Positions 1 through 9,651 of a DNA stretch of 64,000 nt are shown here, piece by piece. Positions within the stretch are counted from its first letter, which is position 1, and every line of letters starts with the position of its first letter. The position numbers and the translations under genes were made by a program. The DNA comes from Candidatus Omnitrophota bacterium (GTDB lineage Bacteria > Hinthialibacterota > Hinthialibacteria > Hinthialibacterales > Hinthialibacteraceae). The notes below the pieces were generated by a model. The model made no database searches. It saw nothing but the letters and a program-made list of their open reading frames with translations, and was not told the origin of the DNA. The stretch lies in contig QZKN01000016.1 of the NCBI GenBank assembly GCA_003598175.1, positions 91,523-155,522 on the forward strand. The letters are read 5' to 3'.

Positions 1-1026
1 CGTATTGCCCGCCGGCAAGGTTTTAGCTGTCATCCGTTCATATCCGTTGTAGGTAAAGGTTGTCGTGTTTCCCAGCGGATCGGTAAGGGAGCGAAGCACG
101 ATGCCGTCCGTATTATCGGAGGGATTGGACTCATAGGCCAATGTTATGCTTCGCCCGTTCTGGTCTTCGATTTTTGTTAAGAAAGGTCGCGTTACTTGAT
201 TGCCAGAATCCGTGTACGTGATGTCCACATATGTAAATCTCAGTTCACGCCCATGACCGTCAGAAACGCGATCCGGCCCCCGCTGCTCAATCGCGCCGCC
301 GCTCGGATTCTCATACGTGAGTCGGTTTCCATTGCGATCCTCGATATATACCAAAAACGCAGTGGCAACCTGGGCGTCGTTCCGTTCCTTCTTAAATCCG
401 TAGATTCGTTGTTCCATCGGGTCCATCATATAGTAATAATCCGTGGTTTCCTTCAGTTGATAGCGAACATTTTCGATTCCGAAGACCACCCATTCGGAAT
501 TGATCAAATGAAATCCGATTTCCTCACCCATACCGGTTTCGACGAAAATTTGCTCATTCGGCAGAGTCGTGGTGTCTTTATAGCGCGTCAGCATGATGCG
601 GTGATTGCTGATGAAGCGATAAGCCAATCCATCCGGATATCGTTTCGAATCCACTTGGGAACCATAATACAGTTTGAACTCCAGAGGCATCACGCCGCCA
701 AGATTCATCAAGTCCATCGTAAAATAATATTCACCCGTGGACATATTGATGGGGTCTTTATCCTCCAGGGTCGTTTTACCCGCTCCAGTCGTCACGGTTT
801 TGCTTTCCTGGCGGGGAGTGGGTGAAGGCGTGGCAGGCATCGACGTCGGATATGGCATTGATGTCGGATACGACACCGATGTCGGATACGGCTGTATATC
901 GGTATCCGGATAACCGGAGCCTCTTTGCGAGAACGCCTGATACGGACTCATAGCCAAAAGAGACCATACGAAAAACAGGCCAATCCATTCCCTTAGTTTC
1001 CAGCGATTATAATGCATTTCAAACAT
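1..1026 (-). CDS. RHS/YD-repeat family protein, N-terminal part (partial; runs off window start)
   Basis: Open frame on minus strand from ATG at 1024-1026 to window edge with no stop, so absent from the complete-ORF track. N-terminus MFEMHYNRWKLREWIGLFFVWSLLAMSPYQAFSQ looks like a signal peptide, followed by a Pro/Tyr-rich linker. Then ...DPINMSTGEYYFTMDLMNLGGVMPLEFKLYYGS... and repeated YxxxDxxG-like segments typical of RHS/YD-repeat proteins. Confidence 0.55.
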   Translation of the reverse strand, partial: MFEMHYNRWKLREWIGLFFVWSLLAMSPYQAFSQRGSGYPDTDIQPYPTSVSYPTSMPYPTSMPATPSPTPRQESKTVTTGAGKTTLEDKDPINMSTGEYYFTMDLMNLGGVMPLEFKLYYGSQVDSKRYPDGLAYRFISNHRIMLTRYKDTTTLPNEQIFVETGMGEEIGFHLINSEWVVFGIENVRYQLKETTDYYYMMDPMEQRIYGFKKERNDAQVATAFLVYIEDRNGNRLTYENPSGGAIEQRGPDRVSDGHGRELRFTYVDITYTDSGNQVTRPFLTKIEDQNGRSITLAYESNPSDNTDGIVLRSLTDPLGNTTTFTYNGYERMTAKTLPAGNT

Positions 1027-1548
1027 GGTTTACTCCTGATAACGTGAGGTTTTCATCATCTCATGATTGAGTTTGCGGATACAATGGAATTCTCATCATG
1101 AAAGTGCGTTTTAAATGAGTATGTAATCTCATCATAACGTTGATTTCCCGTTTTCTTCCTGCCGCAAATCGCTCATTTTATAGATGAAAGAAATCCAACA
1201 TCCCATATAATGATTCTCTTAAAAAATACACTCAATGATGCAACAATTTATTGCATCTTATCTGGGCGTGATCCACTTCCATACGTTTTCAACTCATTCA
1301 TAATAAACTATTCGTATTCGGATTTTCAACCCAACTGGCCGGTTTTTGCACAGATTTCTGCGTTTTCTGTTCGGATGTAAAAAAACATGACATTCCTTTA
1401 TCGAATTGAGTTCAGAAAAGATCAATAAAATCGTGCTGATTCATCCTGCTTTCTCTTATAATGATCTCATGCTTCTTTCCTACAAAAATGATTCGTCCAT
1501 AATGGGGAAAAACAAATAAAAAAGAATTATTCAGGTTGAGATCGCATC

Positions 1549-2595
1549 ATGGCAAACCAAGAACATGTTGAAATCATCAAGCAGGGTTCGGAAACCGTGA
1601 ATCAATATCTTGGAAAACACCCGGACGTCATGTTCGACTTGCGAAACGCCGACTTTTCCGACGCCGATTTGAAAAGTATGGATTTGAGAGGCGCGATTCT
1701 CTCCGGCGCCAACCTGCGGAACACCAACTTGCGCATGGCGAATTTGCGAAGCGCGGATTTGCGATTTGCCGATCTCACCGATGCCAACCTGAGCTATGCG
1801 CGCTTCGACCTGTCCAATCTGAGCCGCGCCACCCTCCGAAACGCCTACGTGAGCCACACCTGTTTTCAAAAAGCCAATCTGTCGCACGTGGATTTCCGCA
1901 ACGCCAACGGCTCGGAAACCAACATTTCCGGCGCCAACCTGACCGGCGCGAAAGTTCATAAACTCAAAACCGCCAAATGGCAGGCTATCAATTTGATTTG
2001 CGAATGGCTCAATTTGTCGCCAAATGGGGAGGATTCGCCCAAAGCGGAACATATCTGGAAACCGAATCAAGGCATCGTAAGCCCTTTTGAAGAATCCGCA
2101 TTCGAAAAACTCGTGTTCGAGCTCATCACGGACGCTTCCTTTCCTTCCTTAACGACGACGGCGCAAGCTTTCGGCTGTATTGCCGCATGTTTCGAACGAA
2201 TCGAGCCCGAACCACGATTGGAATGGTCGAAATTCGTATTCAATGATGATCGTTGCGAAATCCATCTGGCGGCAAGCGAAACGGCGCTGGCGGCGTTGGC
2301 GCGCTTACTCGAAGGGGCCATCCGCAGCCTACGAACGTTGGCGGGAAAAGCGCTGATTGAAGATATCCGTCCTCTTTCTCTCGATCCGGAAGAAAACGCC
2401 AAATCCACGGCATTCGTTCGGCGTTTGCAATTGGAAAACCATCCGGAAGTCACGTCGGCAATTCTGCATCTGGCCAGGCTGACGCGTTCGATTTTTTATC
2501 GCGGCGAGTCTTTTCTATTGAAAGAAACGCAATCTCTTTTTTTCTCTTCACCATTCGACTCTCAAACCAGTTCAAATGGAACGGATGAAACATGA
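1549..2595 (+). CDS. pentapeptide-repeat protein
   Basis: Long run of A(D/N)LxxA(N/D)L pentapeptide repeats (ADLKSMDLRGAILSGANLRNTNLRMANLRSADLRFADLTDANLSYARFDLSNLSRATL...). ATG preceded by a purine-rich stretch. Confidence 0.85.
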   Translation: MANQEHVEIIKQGSETVNQYLGKHPDVMFDLRNADFSDADLKSMDLRGAILSGANLRNTNLRMANLRSADLRFADLTDANLSYARFDLSNLSRATLRNAYVSHTCFQKANLSHVDFRNANGSETNISGANLTGAKVHKLKTAKWQAINLICEWLNLSPNGEDSPKAEHIWKPNQGIVSPFEESAFEKLVFELITDASFPSLTTTAQAFGCIAACFERIEPEPRLEWSKFVFNDDRCEIHLAASETALAALARLLEGAIRSLRTLAGKALIEDIRPLSLDPEENAKSTAFVRRLQLENHPEVTSAILHLARLTRSIFYRGESFLLKETQSLFFSSPFDSQTSSNGTDET

Positions 2596-2896
2596 GTATG
2601 GCAAAACAATTTCACTACCGTTCATTCACCGACCTTCTTTTTTAAATGTTGCATGAATTAATTATATACAACCATACCAGCTCAACCAGGCAAACCATTT
2701 AAACAATCATTATCGCACCCTTATTTTTTTATGCTCATAACCTATTCATTATTAAGAAGTTATGGAAGAAATGGAATGGGATTGGGGAAAAAATGAAAAT
2801 CTTTCTTGCAAATTATGATAAAGTAGTATACTATTACATATAGGTAATTTTCATGAAACTTTGTAACTTTACTTTAATCTTTTGGTGTGATACGAA

Positions 2897-3490
2897 ATGG
2901 TCATTTCATCTCGAGGCACTCTCACAAAATCCGACGGGTCGAATATTTCCAAGCAGATCAAGGAATTGCGACATTTTCTTCAAACAAAATCGAATCCCTC
3001 ATCCAATTCCTCCGTTCGAGCCGAAATCATCAATCCCTTCATCGAAAGCGTCAAAGAAGTATTTGACACCATGCTTCAAAGCGATGTTTCTCGTGACAAT
3101 ATCGAATTGAAATTAAACCTACCGCCAAATTTGGATATCGTTGCCATCATTGGTTTAAGCGGGTATTTGCGTGGAATCATCGCCCTTTCCTTTCCGGTGC
3201 GAACGGCCCTGGCCGTTGTGAGCCGGTTATATCAAAAGGAACACGTTACCGTCGATTCGACGGTCATCGATACGGTAGCCGAATTAGTCAATATCGTGGC
3301 AGGAAGGGCGCTCTCCATATTTAGCAACGAAAGCGGCATCGCCATTGATTTAAGTATCCCCAGCGTTATCCGCGGAAGCCGCTTTGCCATGGAAATGCCC
3401 TCGGTGGCCGCATGGATCGAACTTCCGTTCTCCTGCGAATTGGGAGAATTCACCATCCGCGTGGCGGTGGAAAAACAGTTCGCCAATTGA
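2897..3490 (+). CDS. cheX: CheX/CheC-like chemotaxis phosphatase
   Basis: INPFIESVKEVFDTMLQ... N-terminal motif and overall about 160-aa architecture resemble CheX. Directly upstream of a CheY-like receiver. Start codon uncertain. Confidence 0.55.
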   Translation: MVISSRGTLTKSDGSNISKQIKELRHFLQTKSNPSSNSSVRAEIINPFIESVKEVFDTMLQSDVSRDNIELKLNLPPNLDIVAIIGLSGYLRGIIALSFPVRTALAVVSRLYQKEHVTVDSTVIDTVAELVNIVAGRALSIFSNESGIAIDLSIPSVIRGSRFAMEMPSVAAWIELPFSCELGEFTIRVAVEKQFAN

Positions 3491-3513
3491 ATAGAAAATC
3501 GAGGTTGATCAAG

Positions 3514-3882
3514 ATGAAAGCACTCGTTGTCGATGATTCCGCGTTAGCAAGAACCGTATTGTTAAATGCCTGCTCACGAGTGGGAATTCAATCCATCGAT
3601 CAAGCGTTTGATGGAAAAATGGCGTTGGAATACGTTACCAAAAACAATTACAACATCATTTTCATGGATTGGAATATGCCGAACATGTTAGGCATCGAGG
3701 CGGTCAAAAAAATACGGGAAATGGGAAGAAACATCCCCATCATCATGGTTACGGGTCTCTCGGATCGAATCCACGTCAGCGAAGCAATGAAAGCAGGCGT
3801 AAACAACTATCTCATCAAACCGTTCAAACCCGAAACCGCCATCGAAAAAATTCAGGAAACGCTTTCAGCCACTCCATCTTAA
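3514..3882 (+). CDS. CheY-like single-domain response regulator
   Basis: MKALVVDDSALARTVLLNA...IIFMDWNMPNMLGIEAVKKIR...IIMVTG...KAGVNNYLIKPF: receiver-domain D/D/K signature. GAGG Shine-Dalgarno sequence 8 nt upstream of the ATG. Confidence 0.85.
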   Translation: MKALVVDDSALARTVLLNACSRVGIQSIDQAFDGKMALEYVTKNNYNIIFMDWNMPNMLGIEAVKKIREMGRNIPIIMVTGLSDRIHVSEAMKAGVNNYLIKPFKPETAIEKIQETLSATPS

Positions 3883-5609
3883 TTCATGTTTTCCCAATTC
3901 CGTTCGAATATCCCACTTGCCGCGCCCGGTTTCAGGCGAAAGCGAAATCCGCGATGAATTTTGTCGCTGACGGTTCCGCGCATGGCATAAATCCATCCGC
4001 TGGGACTGATGTTCGAAGAAAATTTCGGTCCGTTTTCTCCCCATCGGGGAACATTGCGTATCGGATTGGGTGGAAAAGTGATGAGCCGCCACCATTTTGC
4101 GCCGTCATTCGTCCCGGCATAAATGCGGGGCGGCTGCAATTGCCCGTTTTCCATCACGTCGCCGTAAGGCATGTAAGCAAAAACCAGCGCTTTTTCATCG
4201 ACGTGATGAGCCCAGAACCAGTTTCCCTTATCGGCCCAGGGAATGGGGGAAGCGGGATAAAAATCAATACCGGTCGTCGTCCAAAACGGTTCATTTCCCG
4301 CCACAAAATTCTCATTTTTGTCCCAGCGGACGATTTTTTTGAATTGACGATCGGTGTCCATGCCTAAAAATAAAAATCGCTGGGTGAACGTGACCGCCGT
4401 ATATTGAGAATTCACTCCTCGCTCCAGCGTTTCCCACGTTCCCGGATCGCCTTGCCGGCGGGAACGGATAAAACGGCCGACGCCGCCGTCGCCAATGGCG
4501 GCATAGACGTCGTCGGTATAGGGATCCACTCCAACATAATGTGTATGATTGAGCAATGTGTCCGGTTCGATTCGCGGATTGGCAAAAACAACTTCAAATA
4601 CCTCACTGTTATTGCCATGATTCTTTCGACGCCAGACATTCCCGGCGTATCGGGGCGCTCCTTCTTCCACGATTTTGGACGAATATTCCCCGATAAACAC
4701 GTTTCCATGGCTGTCTTCGGCAATGCGCCAGGCGACGCCCGTCGGCCATTCCAACGAAAACGCCTTCGTCCAGGTCAAACCGCCGTCGCGGCTTTCCATT
4801 ACGAAGCCGTGCAGATTTTTTTTGAGAACCTGATCGGCGGCAGTCCATGGACTGGCATAAATGATGCCTTTCGAATCGACAAAAAGCCCGAAAACAGTCC
4901 CATGCAGGGGAGATTGGCCCGCGGGAGGGTAAATTTGCCGCCAGGTTTTGGCGTCATCGCCGCTGGTCAGAATATATCCGCTTTCCGTCCCCGCATAGAT
5001 TCGTTCCCCATGCTGCGATTGCCTGTCAGGAACCACGTAAGCGACGGATAATGAATGCTTTACGTGATTTGGGGTTTCACCGAGATCAAGATCCTCCACT
5101 TCGAATTCGAATCCTTCCACCGCCGGATCGACGATCAGAGCATATCGTCCCCCGTCAGTTGACAACGAACCGACGCCGATGCGATATTCGCTATTCGGAT
5201 CCATAATCACATTTTGCAGCCGGGCAATGGGAACATCATGCATCGCCGGTTCGGAACGCGCCGCGAGTATCCACCGCGTAGAAGCCGAGTTCTTTTTGCG
5301 CTGTTCGAGAAGCAAGAAAGGAGAAGTAAGATAATGGGAAGTTCGATCGTCAGGCCGGTGAATGTGGCCGAATAAACCGATACTCATCTTTTGAAAACGG
5401 AAATGAGGATTCAGATCGTAATAATCCATTTCCTCTCCACCCGTCAATCCGCCTAGACGTATTTCTCCAATATGAATCGACGCGCTTTCATCGGGAATGG
5501 CTCCGGCGAATCGCGCGTTCACAGTCAACCATACAACAACCACGAATATAAATAGAAACCTTGCACTTCTTATGAACAAATATTTCTTGCCACGGTTTTT
5601 CATCATCAT
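3879..5609 (-). CDS. secreted BNR/Asp-box repeat protein (sialidase-like beta-propeller)
   Basis: N-terminal signal/TM segment. Asp-box motifs SGDDAKTW and SRDGGLTW. 576 aa. Confidence 0.55.
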   Translation of the reverse strand: MMMKNRGKKYLFIRSARFLFIFVVVVWLTVNARFAGAIPDESASIHIGEIRLGGLTGGEEMDYYDLNPHFRFQKMSIGLFGHIHRPDDRTSHYLTSPFLLLEQRKKNSASTRWILAARSEPAMHDVPIARLQNVIMDPNSEYRIGVGSLSTDGGRYALIVDPAVEGFEFEVEDLDLGETPNHVKHSLSVAYVVPDRQSQHGERIYAGTESGYILTSGDDAKTWRQIYPPAGQSPLHGTVFGLFVDSKGIIYASPWTAADQVLKKNLHGFVMESRDGGLTWTKAFSLEWPTGVAWRIAEDSHGNVFIGEYSSKIVEEGAPRYAGNVWRRKNHGNNSEVFEVVFANPRIEPDTLLNHTHYVGVDPYTDDVYAAIGDGGVGRFIRSRRQGDPGTWETLERGVNSQYTAVTFTQRFLFLGMDTDRQFKKIVRWDKNENFVAGNEPFWTTTGIDFYPASPIPWADKGNWFWAHHVDEKALVFAYMPYGDVMENGQLQPPRIYAGTNDGAKWWRLITFPPNPIRNVPRWGENGPKFSSNISPSGWIYAMRGTVSDKIHRGFRFRLKPGAASGIFERNWENMN

Positions 5610-6112
5610 TCAAAACAACGGCTTCCTTTTCATCGCTCGATCCCATACCCGGCAATCGGCGACGGATTCCACACAAATGATTCCATGATACTGATCCCAA
5701 AAAAAATCATGTCAAGTCGGATTTCGCATGAAAATGAAAAACTAATATCGAAAAAAAACAATTTACGTATAGTGCATGATTGAATTCCGACTTGATTATT
5801 CACTCAATGAAAATCGATGGAACGCGGATTTGTAACGTCCGCGGATACACGATTTCCAGAAAATAGGGAATCTACGGATGCCCGCTTCGCCGGAAACGAA
5901 ACGTTTTTCGGATAAAAAATCCCGTTCCCAATTGATTAATCCCTCCTTTTGAACCCCCAAAACAGGCTTTTTCCCCTCAAAATCCACCCATTTTATCTCC
6001 GATTTAAGTTATTTGTGAAAAAGAATGGGGAAACCCCTTGAAATTCTCTTTAGTATTTTATATTATTGACAGTATAATTTGTTCACACTATACAATGCAA
6101 AGGACAAGAACA

Positions 6113-6487
6113 ATGGGTACCGTATCATCAGAATTAACACCTGCCGAGATTTGGTTGTTGAGTTCGCTGTACGAGCTGGACGAAGCGGATATTTATGCCG
6201 TCCTGGATCACATCAAAGGTGAGAAGGATTGGAAATATACCACCGTCCAAACCATGATCCATCACATGTGCGACAAAGGCTACATCGTGAGAAAGAAGGT
6301 CGGACGGCGCTTCATCTACACACCGACGAAAACCCGTTCGAAAATGTTCGATAGCGTGATCACCAAACTCTTCGGCGGCAGCCTGAAACAGGATCCGACG
6401 CCGCTGGTCGATTACCTGTTGAACATCCGGAAATTGAAACCACGTGATGAAAAAATATTGAAGAACCTGTTGCTGGACGAAAAATAA
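6113..6487 (+). CDS. BlaI/MecI/CopY-family transcriptional repressor
   Basis: ...DHMCDKGYIVRKKVGRRFIYTPTKTRSKMFDSVITKLFGGS... matches the penicillinase-repressor winged-helix core and C-terminal dimerisation region. AAGGA 9 nt before the ATG at 6113. A TTGACA/TATAAT-like promoter lies inside the longer ORF-track frame, so the 6038 start is rejected. Confidence 0.75.
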   Translation: MGTVSSELTPAEIWLLSSLYELDEADIYAVLDHIKGEKDWKYTTVQTMIHHMCDKGYIVRKKVGRRFIYTPTKTRSKMFDSVITKLFGGSLKQDPTPLVDYLLNIRKLKPRDEKILKNLLLDEK

Positions 6488-6799
6488 GGTTCTTTTCCCG
6501 AACATCCAACAGGATGTTTCACGTGGAAACCCTATCCTGATGTTGCAGTAGGAATGAGTGTTTTTTGTTTATTGTTATGGGAATGATGATCTTCATTAGC
6601 GGCGGTGGATACGCTGTAGGGATGAGGTGTGTCTTGATCACCTAACAGGATGTCCGCCATAACGTTCGACTTTTTTGGCCGGACATCCCATAACAGCGTA
6701 TCCGCACGAAGAGTAATCGTTATTATCTTTAAACGGATGCAATTCGAAGCATTCGTTCTGTCTTTGCAGGCGTCTTTCAGGACGCCTTTTTCATTTTTT

Positions 6800-7675
6800 T
6801 TAACGGATATCACCATCCATCACGTCCATCGCTTTCATGCGGCGAAGCTCCGCTTGTTGCAATTGGCAAAGAAGATTGCGATAGATGGGGATCATCACCA
6901 TGGTTCCGATCACGCCGGGCAGGAGAAAGGCGTACCAACTTGACCATAAGGCGCCCACCATCAGTAAAATGAAGCCTGTCGCAAGCAGAATGATGGAACA
7001 TGCAATCATGAAAAGCCCCATCGCTTGAATGAATCCTTTTCCCCTACCGCGGGACGCCAATGATCCCGCAAGGCCGCCGAAGAGTCCGCCAAACACTCCC
7101 AGCAATGTGCCCGGAAGCCATTGCCAATTGCCGGATACGGTAAATAATCCGGTTTCCATCTGCAATAATTGTAAATTTCGAATCCAAACGGTTCCCGGCC
7201 CTTCCATGCGAATTCCCAATCGAGCCGCTGACGGCTGTTCACCTTCCTTCAAGAAAAACGGCGTTTTCACGGAACGCCAATCGCCGGTTCCGGTCAATGC
7301 ATTGTCGAGCGCTCGTGAAAAATATTCCTTCCCTCCCTCGAATAGGCAAAGCATCTCAATATATGCTTTGGACGAAACGGATTCCGCGCGGATTTCGGCG
7401 TTGTATAGCAATGTACAGTTGTCGATATCTTTCAAGGGAATTGTGTAAAGGGGAATGGAGAGCGCTTGATTTCCATTATAGCTGATTTTCAGCGAATTCG
7501 GATCATCGGCCGCCACTTCCACGGAAATCAGGCTCATCAACTGTTCATTGAGCTGTGGAACCTGATCGATTGTGATGTTTGCCAATTCGGCTGCATATCC
7601 CCCAAACGCCATACCGACTGACGCCGCACACATAACAAATACACTTATCCATCGTATCGTAACGTTATATTTCAT
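6800..7675 (-). CDS. membrane protein, hypothetical (signal peptide plus C-terminal TM helices)
   Basis: MKYNVTIRWISVFVMCAASVGMAFG signal peptide. C-terminal Gly-rich TM segments. AAAGGA 9 nt upstream. Starts immediately after the stop of the upstream small gene, so an operon. No M56 HExxH motif, so not BlaR1. Confidence 0.45.
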   Translation of the reverse strand: MKYNVTIRWISVFVMCAASVGMAFGGYAAELANITIDQVPQLNEQLMSLISVEVAADDPNSLKISYNGNQALSIPLYTIPLKDIDNCTLLYNAEIRAESVSSKAYIEMLCLFEGGKEYFSRALDNALTGTGDWRSVKTPFFLKEGEQPSAARLGIRMEGPGTVWIRNLQLLQMETGLFTVSGNWQWLPGTLLGVFGGLFGGLAGSLASRGRGKGFIQAMGLFMIACSIILLATGFILLMVGALWSSWYAFLLPGVIGTMVMIPIYRNLLCQLQQAELRRMKAMDVMDGDIR

Positions 7676-7688
7676 TTTAATCATCCTT

Positions 7689-7991
7689 TCAATCTTTAGT
7701 TTGCATTGTTTGCTTGAACGCTTGCAATAATTTTCGCGCAGTCGCCGGATCAATGGCGCCTTCAACAAGAAGAATTTGTAATTGCCGTTGAAACGGATCT
7801 TTCCATGCGGGATTGTCGGCGATTTTCACTTTTTCGATCAATCGATCCAAACGTAGACGAATGGTGGGATAAGAAATCCGGTATTCTTCCGCCAACGCCT
7901 TTAACGAACCCGAGGCCAACAAAAACCGCTTCAAAAATTGAAAATCCTCCTCGTCCAGAGCGTGAATCCACGCCGGAAGTTCTCGTTCCAT
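7689..7991 (-). CDS. small DNA-binding protein (DUF2089-like HTH)
   Basis: 100 aa. C-terminal ...LKALAEEYRISYPTIRLRLDRLIEKV... helix-turn-helix-like segment. Confidence 0.4.
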   Translation of the reverse strand: MERELPAWIHALDEEDFQFLKRFLLASGSLKALAEEYRISYPTIRLRLDRLIEKVKIADNPAWKDPFQRQLQILLVEGAIDPATARKLLQAFKQTMQTKD

Positions 7992-8130
7992 CGATTTTTC
8001 GCTCCCTCCTGACTTGAATTTAATTCATATTCACTTTCATTATATTCAAGTTTATGGCAACTTCAAAATAATTCAAGTGGATTTTAACAAAATTAAAGGC
8101 GGATGAACGGACTGATGGCATGGCTATGCA

Positions 8131-8373
8131 TTGATCTTTGAGGGGGATCCCATCCAATTACATGATTCTCGATCTTTGATTAAACCTGCCTTTGATATGG
8201 CCGTTGCGCTTGCCCATGCCATATATGACTGCTATTACCTGGCTTTGGCGCAAGAACACGACGCCTCGGTAGTTACCGCCGACCGGAAGTTTTATGAGAG
8301 AGTAATGAAAAGCCCTTACGCCCATCGAATTCGATGGGTGGAAGAGCCGCCGGTGGTTCTTACGGAGGTGTGA
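8131..8373 (+). pseudogene. PIN-domain (VapC-like) toxin, C-terminal fragment
   Basis: ...AHAIYDCYYLALAQEHDASVVTADRKFYERV... matches the C-terminal half of a VapC PIN domain. The N-terminal half with the first acidic residues is missing. Confidence 0.5.
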
Positions 8374-8398
8374 TCGGCGCAGCTGTCAATGACTGTTT

Positions 8399-8640
8399 TT
8401 AAATCCAGTCAATGAGCCTCGACGAAGCGGAGGGAGGCCGGTTGATCAAGCGGAATGGCAATTTCGCGCGTTTCGGAAACGAGAAGCGATTTTCGCAGAG
8501 GGTCTCGCGCTTGATGGGGATTGTGGAGGAGGAACTCGGAATACTTGGCGGCGCAGACGGGGCAGAGAGCGCGATGATCGGCTTCGTGTTCCTTATTCTT
8601 CCGGAGGGTGAAAACATGCCGCTCTTGTTTCCCTGATCCA
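8399..8640. repeat. approx. 240-bp imperfect direct repeat, copy 1 (pairs with 10320-10560)
   Basis: Direct DNA comparison shows about 85 % identity to 10320-10560, e.g. cgacgaagcggagggaggccggtt... and ggaatacttggcggcgcagacggggcagagagc are identical. Confidence 0.85.
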
Positions 8641-8700
8641 TAGAAATTATCCTTATTGATATATGATGCTGAATCATACCAAATCGGTGGAGTTTCGGAG

Positions 8701-9078
8701 ATGAGTTCTGCTTCAGAACAATGGACGCAACAAGCTCATTACGATCTGGTGACGGCTCAAGCCATGTTCGACGCCGGACGATATTTGTACGTTCTTTTTT
8801 GTTGTCAACAGGCGGTGGAGAAGATGCTCAAGGCGATCATCGCCCATAAGACTATGGAGTTGCCGCCGCGAGTTCATCAGTTGACACGTTTGGCGGAAGT
8901 GGCCGGCTTGACAATGACCGAGAAGCAGACGAACTTTCTCCGGTTACTTTCAAACTATTACCTACAAACCCGTTATCCGGATGAAATCGTAAATCTTGCC
9001 TCCCAGGTAAAAAAGGAGAATGCTCTGTCGCTTTTGGAACAAACTCAGGAGATTATTCGATGGTTGACCTCGATATAA
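8701..9078 (+). CDS. HEPN-domain protein
   Basis: ...LFCCQQAVEKMLKAIIAHK... and ...RLLSNYYLQTRYPDE... are HEPN signatures (Rx4-6H-like). GGAG before the ATG at 8701. Confidence 0.7.
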   Translation: MSSASEQWTQQAHYDLVTAQAMFDAGRYLYVLFCCQQAVEKMLKAIIAHKTMELPPRVHQLTRLAEVAGLTMTEKQTNFLRLLSNYYLQTRYPDEIVNLASQVKKENALSLLEQTQEIIRWLTSI

Positions 9079-9569
9079 CAATGGAAAATCGGATTCAAAT
9101 GGCGCTGACTGTAATCTCCCGTTTTACCCACGTGGTTTGCGCTTATCTTTTCGGCTCGCAGGTGGATGGAACCCCTGACCAATGGAGCGATATCGACCTG
9201 GCCGTGTTTGTCGAAGGAATGGAATCCTGGGAACTGCACGAACGTGCCACAGTGGCAGCCCTGGTTCAAAAGGAAGTGGGAGACGATGTGGACGTTCGAT
9301 TTTTCCCCAGCCAGGCTCTTACCCATCATGATCCGGCCGGTTTCGCCGCGTGGGTGATTACTCATGGCATCAAGGTGATAGAAATACCAGAGAAAGGGAA
9401 TTCGTATGAATACCACCGAAATCAGGAAAATGAGCCGAATCGAACGCCTGCAAGCCATGGAGGCGCTTTGGAACTCGCTTCTCGAGGACGAATGCGAAAT
9501 GGAGTCTCCGGAATGGCATCGGGACATCCACGAAGAGAGAAAAAAGCGGATCGAAACCGGAAAGGCTGA
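9060..9569 (+). CDS. minimal nucleotidyltransferase (MNT) partner of HEPN; C-terminal extent uncertain
   Basis: ...CAYLFGSQVDGTPDQWSDIDLAVFV... is the GS...DxD nucleotidyltransferase motif. Overlaps the HEPN gene by 19 nt. The frame stays open to 9569, overlapping the next small gene, so the true stop is unclear. Confidence 0.6.
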   Translation: MVDLDITMENRIQMALTVISRFTHVVCAYLFGSQVDGTPDQWSDIDLAVFVEGMESWELHERATVAALVQKEVGDDVDVRFFPSQALTHHDPAGFAAWVITHGIKVIEIPEKGNSYEYHRNQENEPNRTPASHGGALELASRGRMRNGVSGMASGHPRREKKADRNRKG

Positions 9570-9585
9570 ATTTCATTCTCTGTAG
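9406..9585 (+). CDS. small addiction-module antitoxin-like protein (59 aa)
   Basis: MNTTEIRKMSRIERLQAMEALWNSLLEDE... resembles the 'putative addiction module component' family that pairs with RelE/ParE toxins. Below the 60-aa ORF-track cut-off, so found by manual translation. Confidence 0.5.
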   Translation: MNTTEIRKMSRIERLQAMEALWNSLLEDECEMESPEWHRDIHEERKKRIETGKAEFHSL

Positions 9586-9651
9586 GAGTTGAAGGCGAAA
9601 CGGGTATCATGAAGATTCGGAACAGCGGTGCATGGCAACGATTGAAACGCG

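Noticed and set aside
196-825. 209-aa plus-strand ORF
   Set aside because: Lies entirely antisense to the much longer, motif-bearing RHS/YD-repeat frame on the minus strand. Has no recognisable motifs, so a shadow ORF.
1531-2070. 179-aa minus-strand ORF overlapping the pentapeptide-repeat gene
   Set aside because: Antisense shadow of a repetitive coding region, with low-complexity Gly/Val/Ala translation.
3669-4367. 232-aa plus-strand ORF
   Set aside because: Antisense to the BNR-repeat gene. His/Arg-rich nonsense-like translation.
9060-9569. Treating the whole 169-aa frame as the true nucleotidyltransferase
   Set aside because: Kept as a feature but flagged. The C-terminal about 55 residues are Arg/Gly-rich and overlap a plausibly real antitoxin gene in another frame. 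The real stop may have been lost by mutation.
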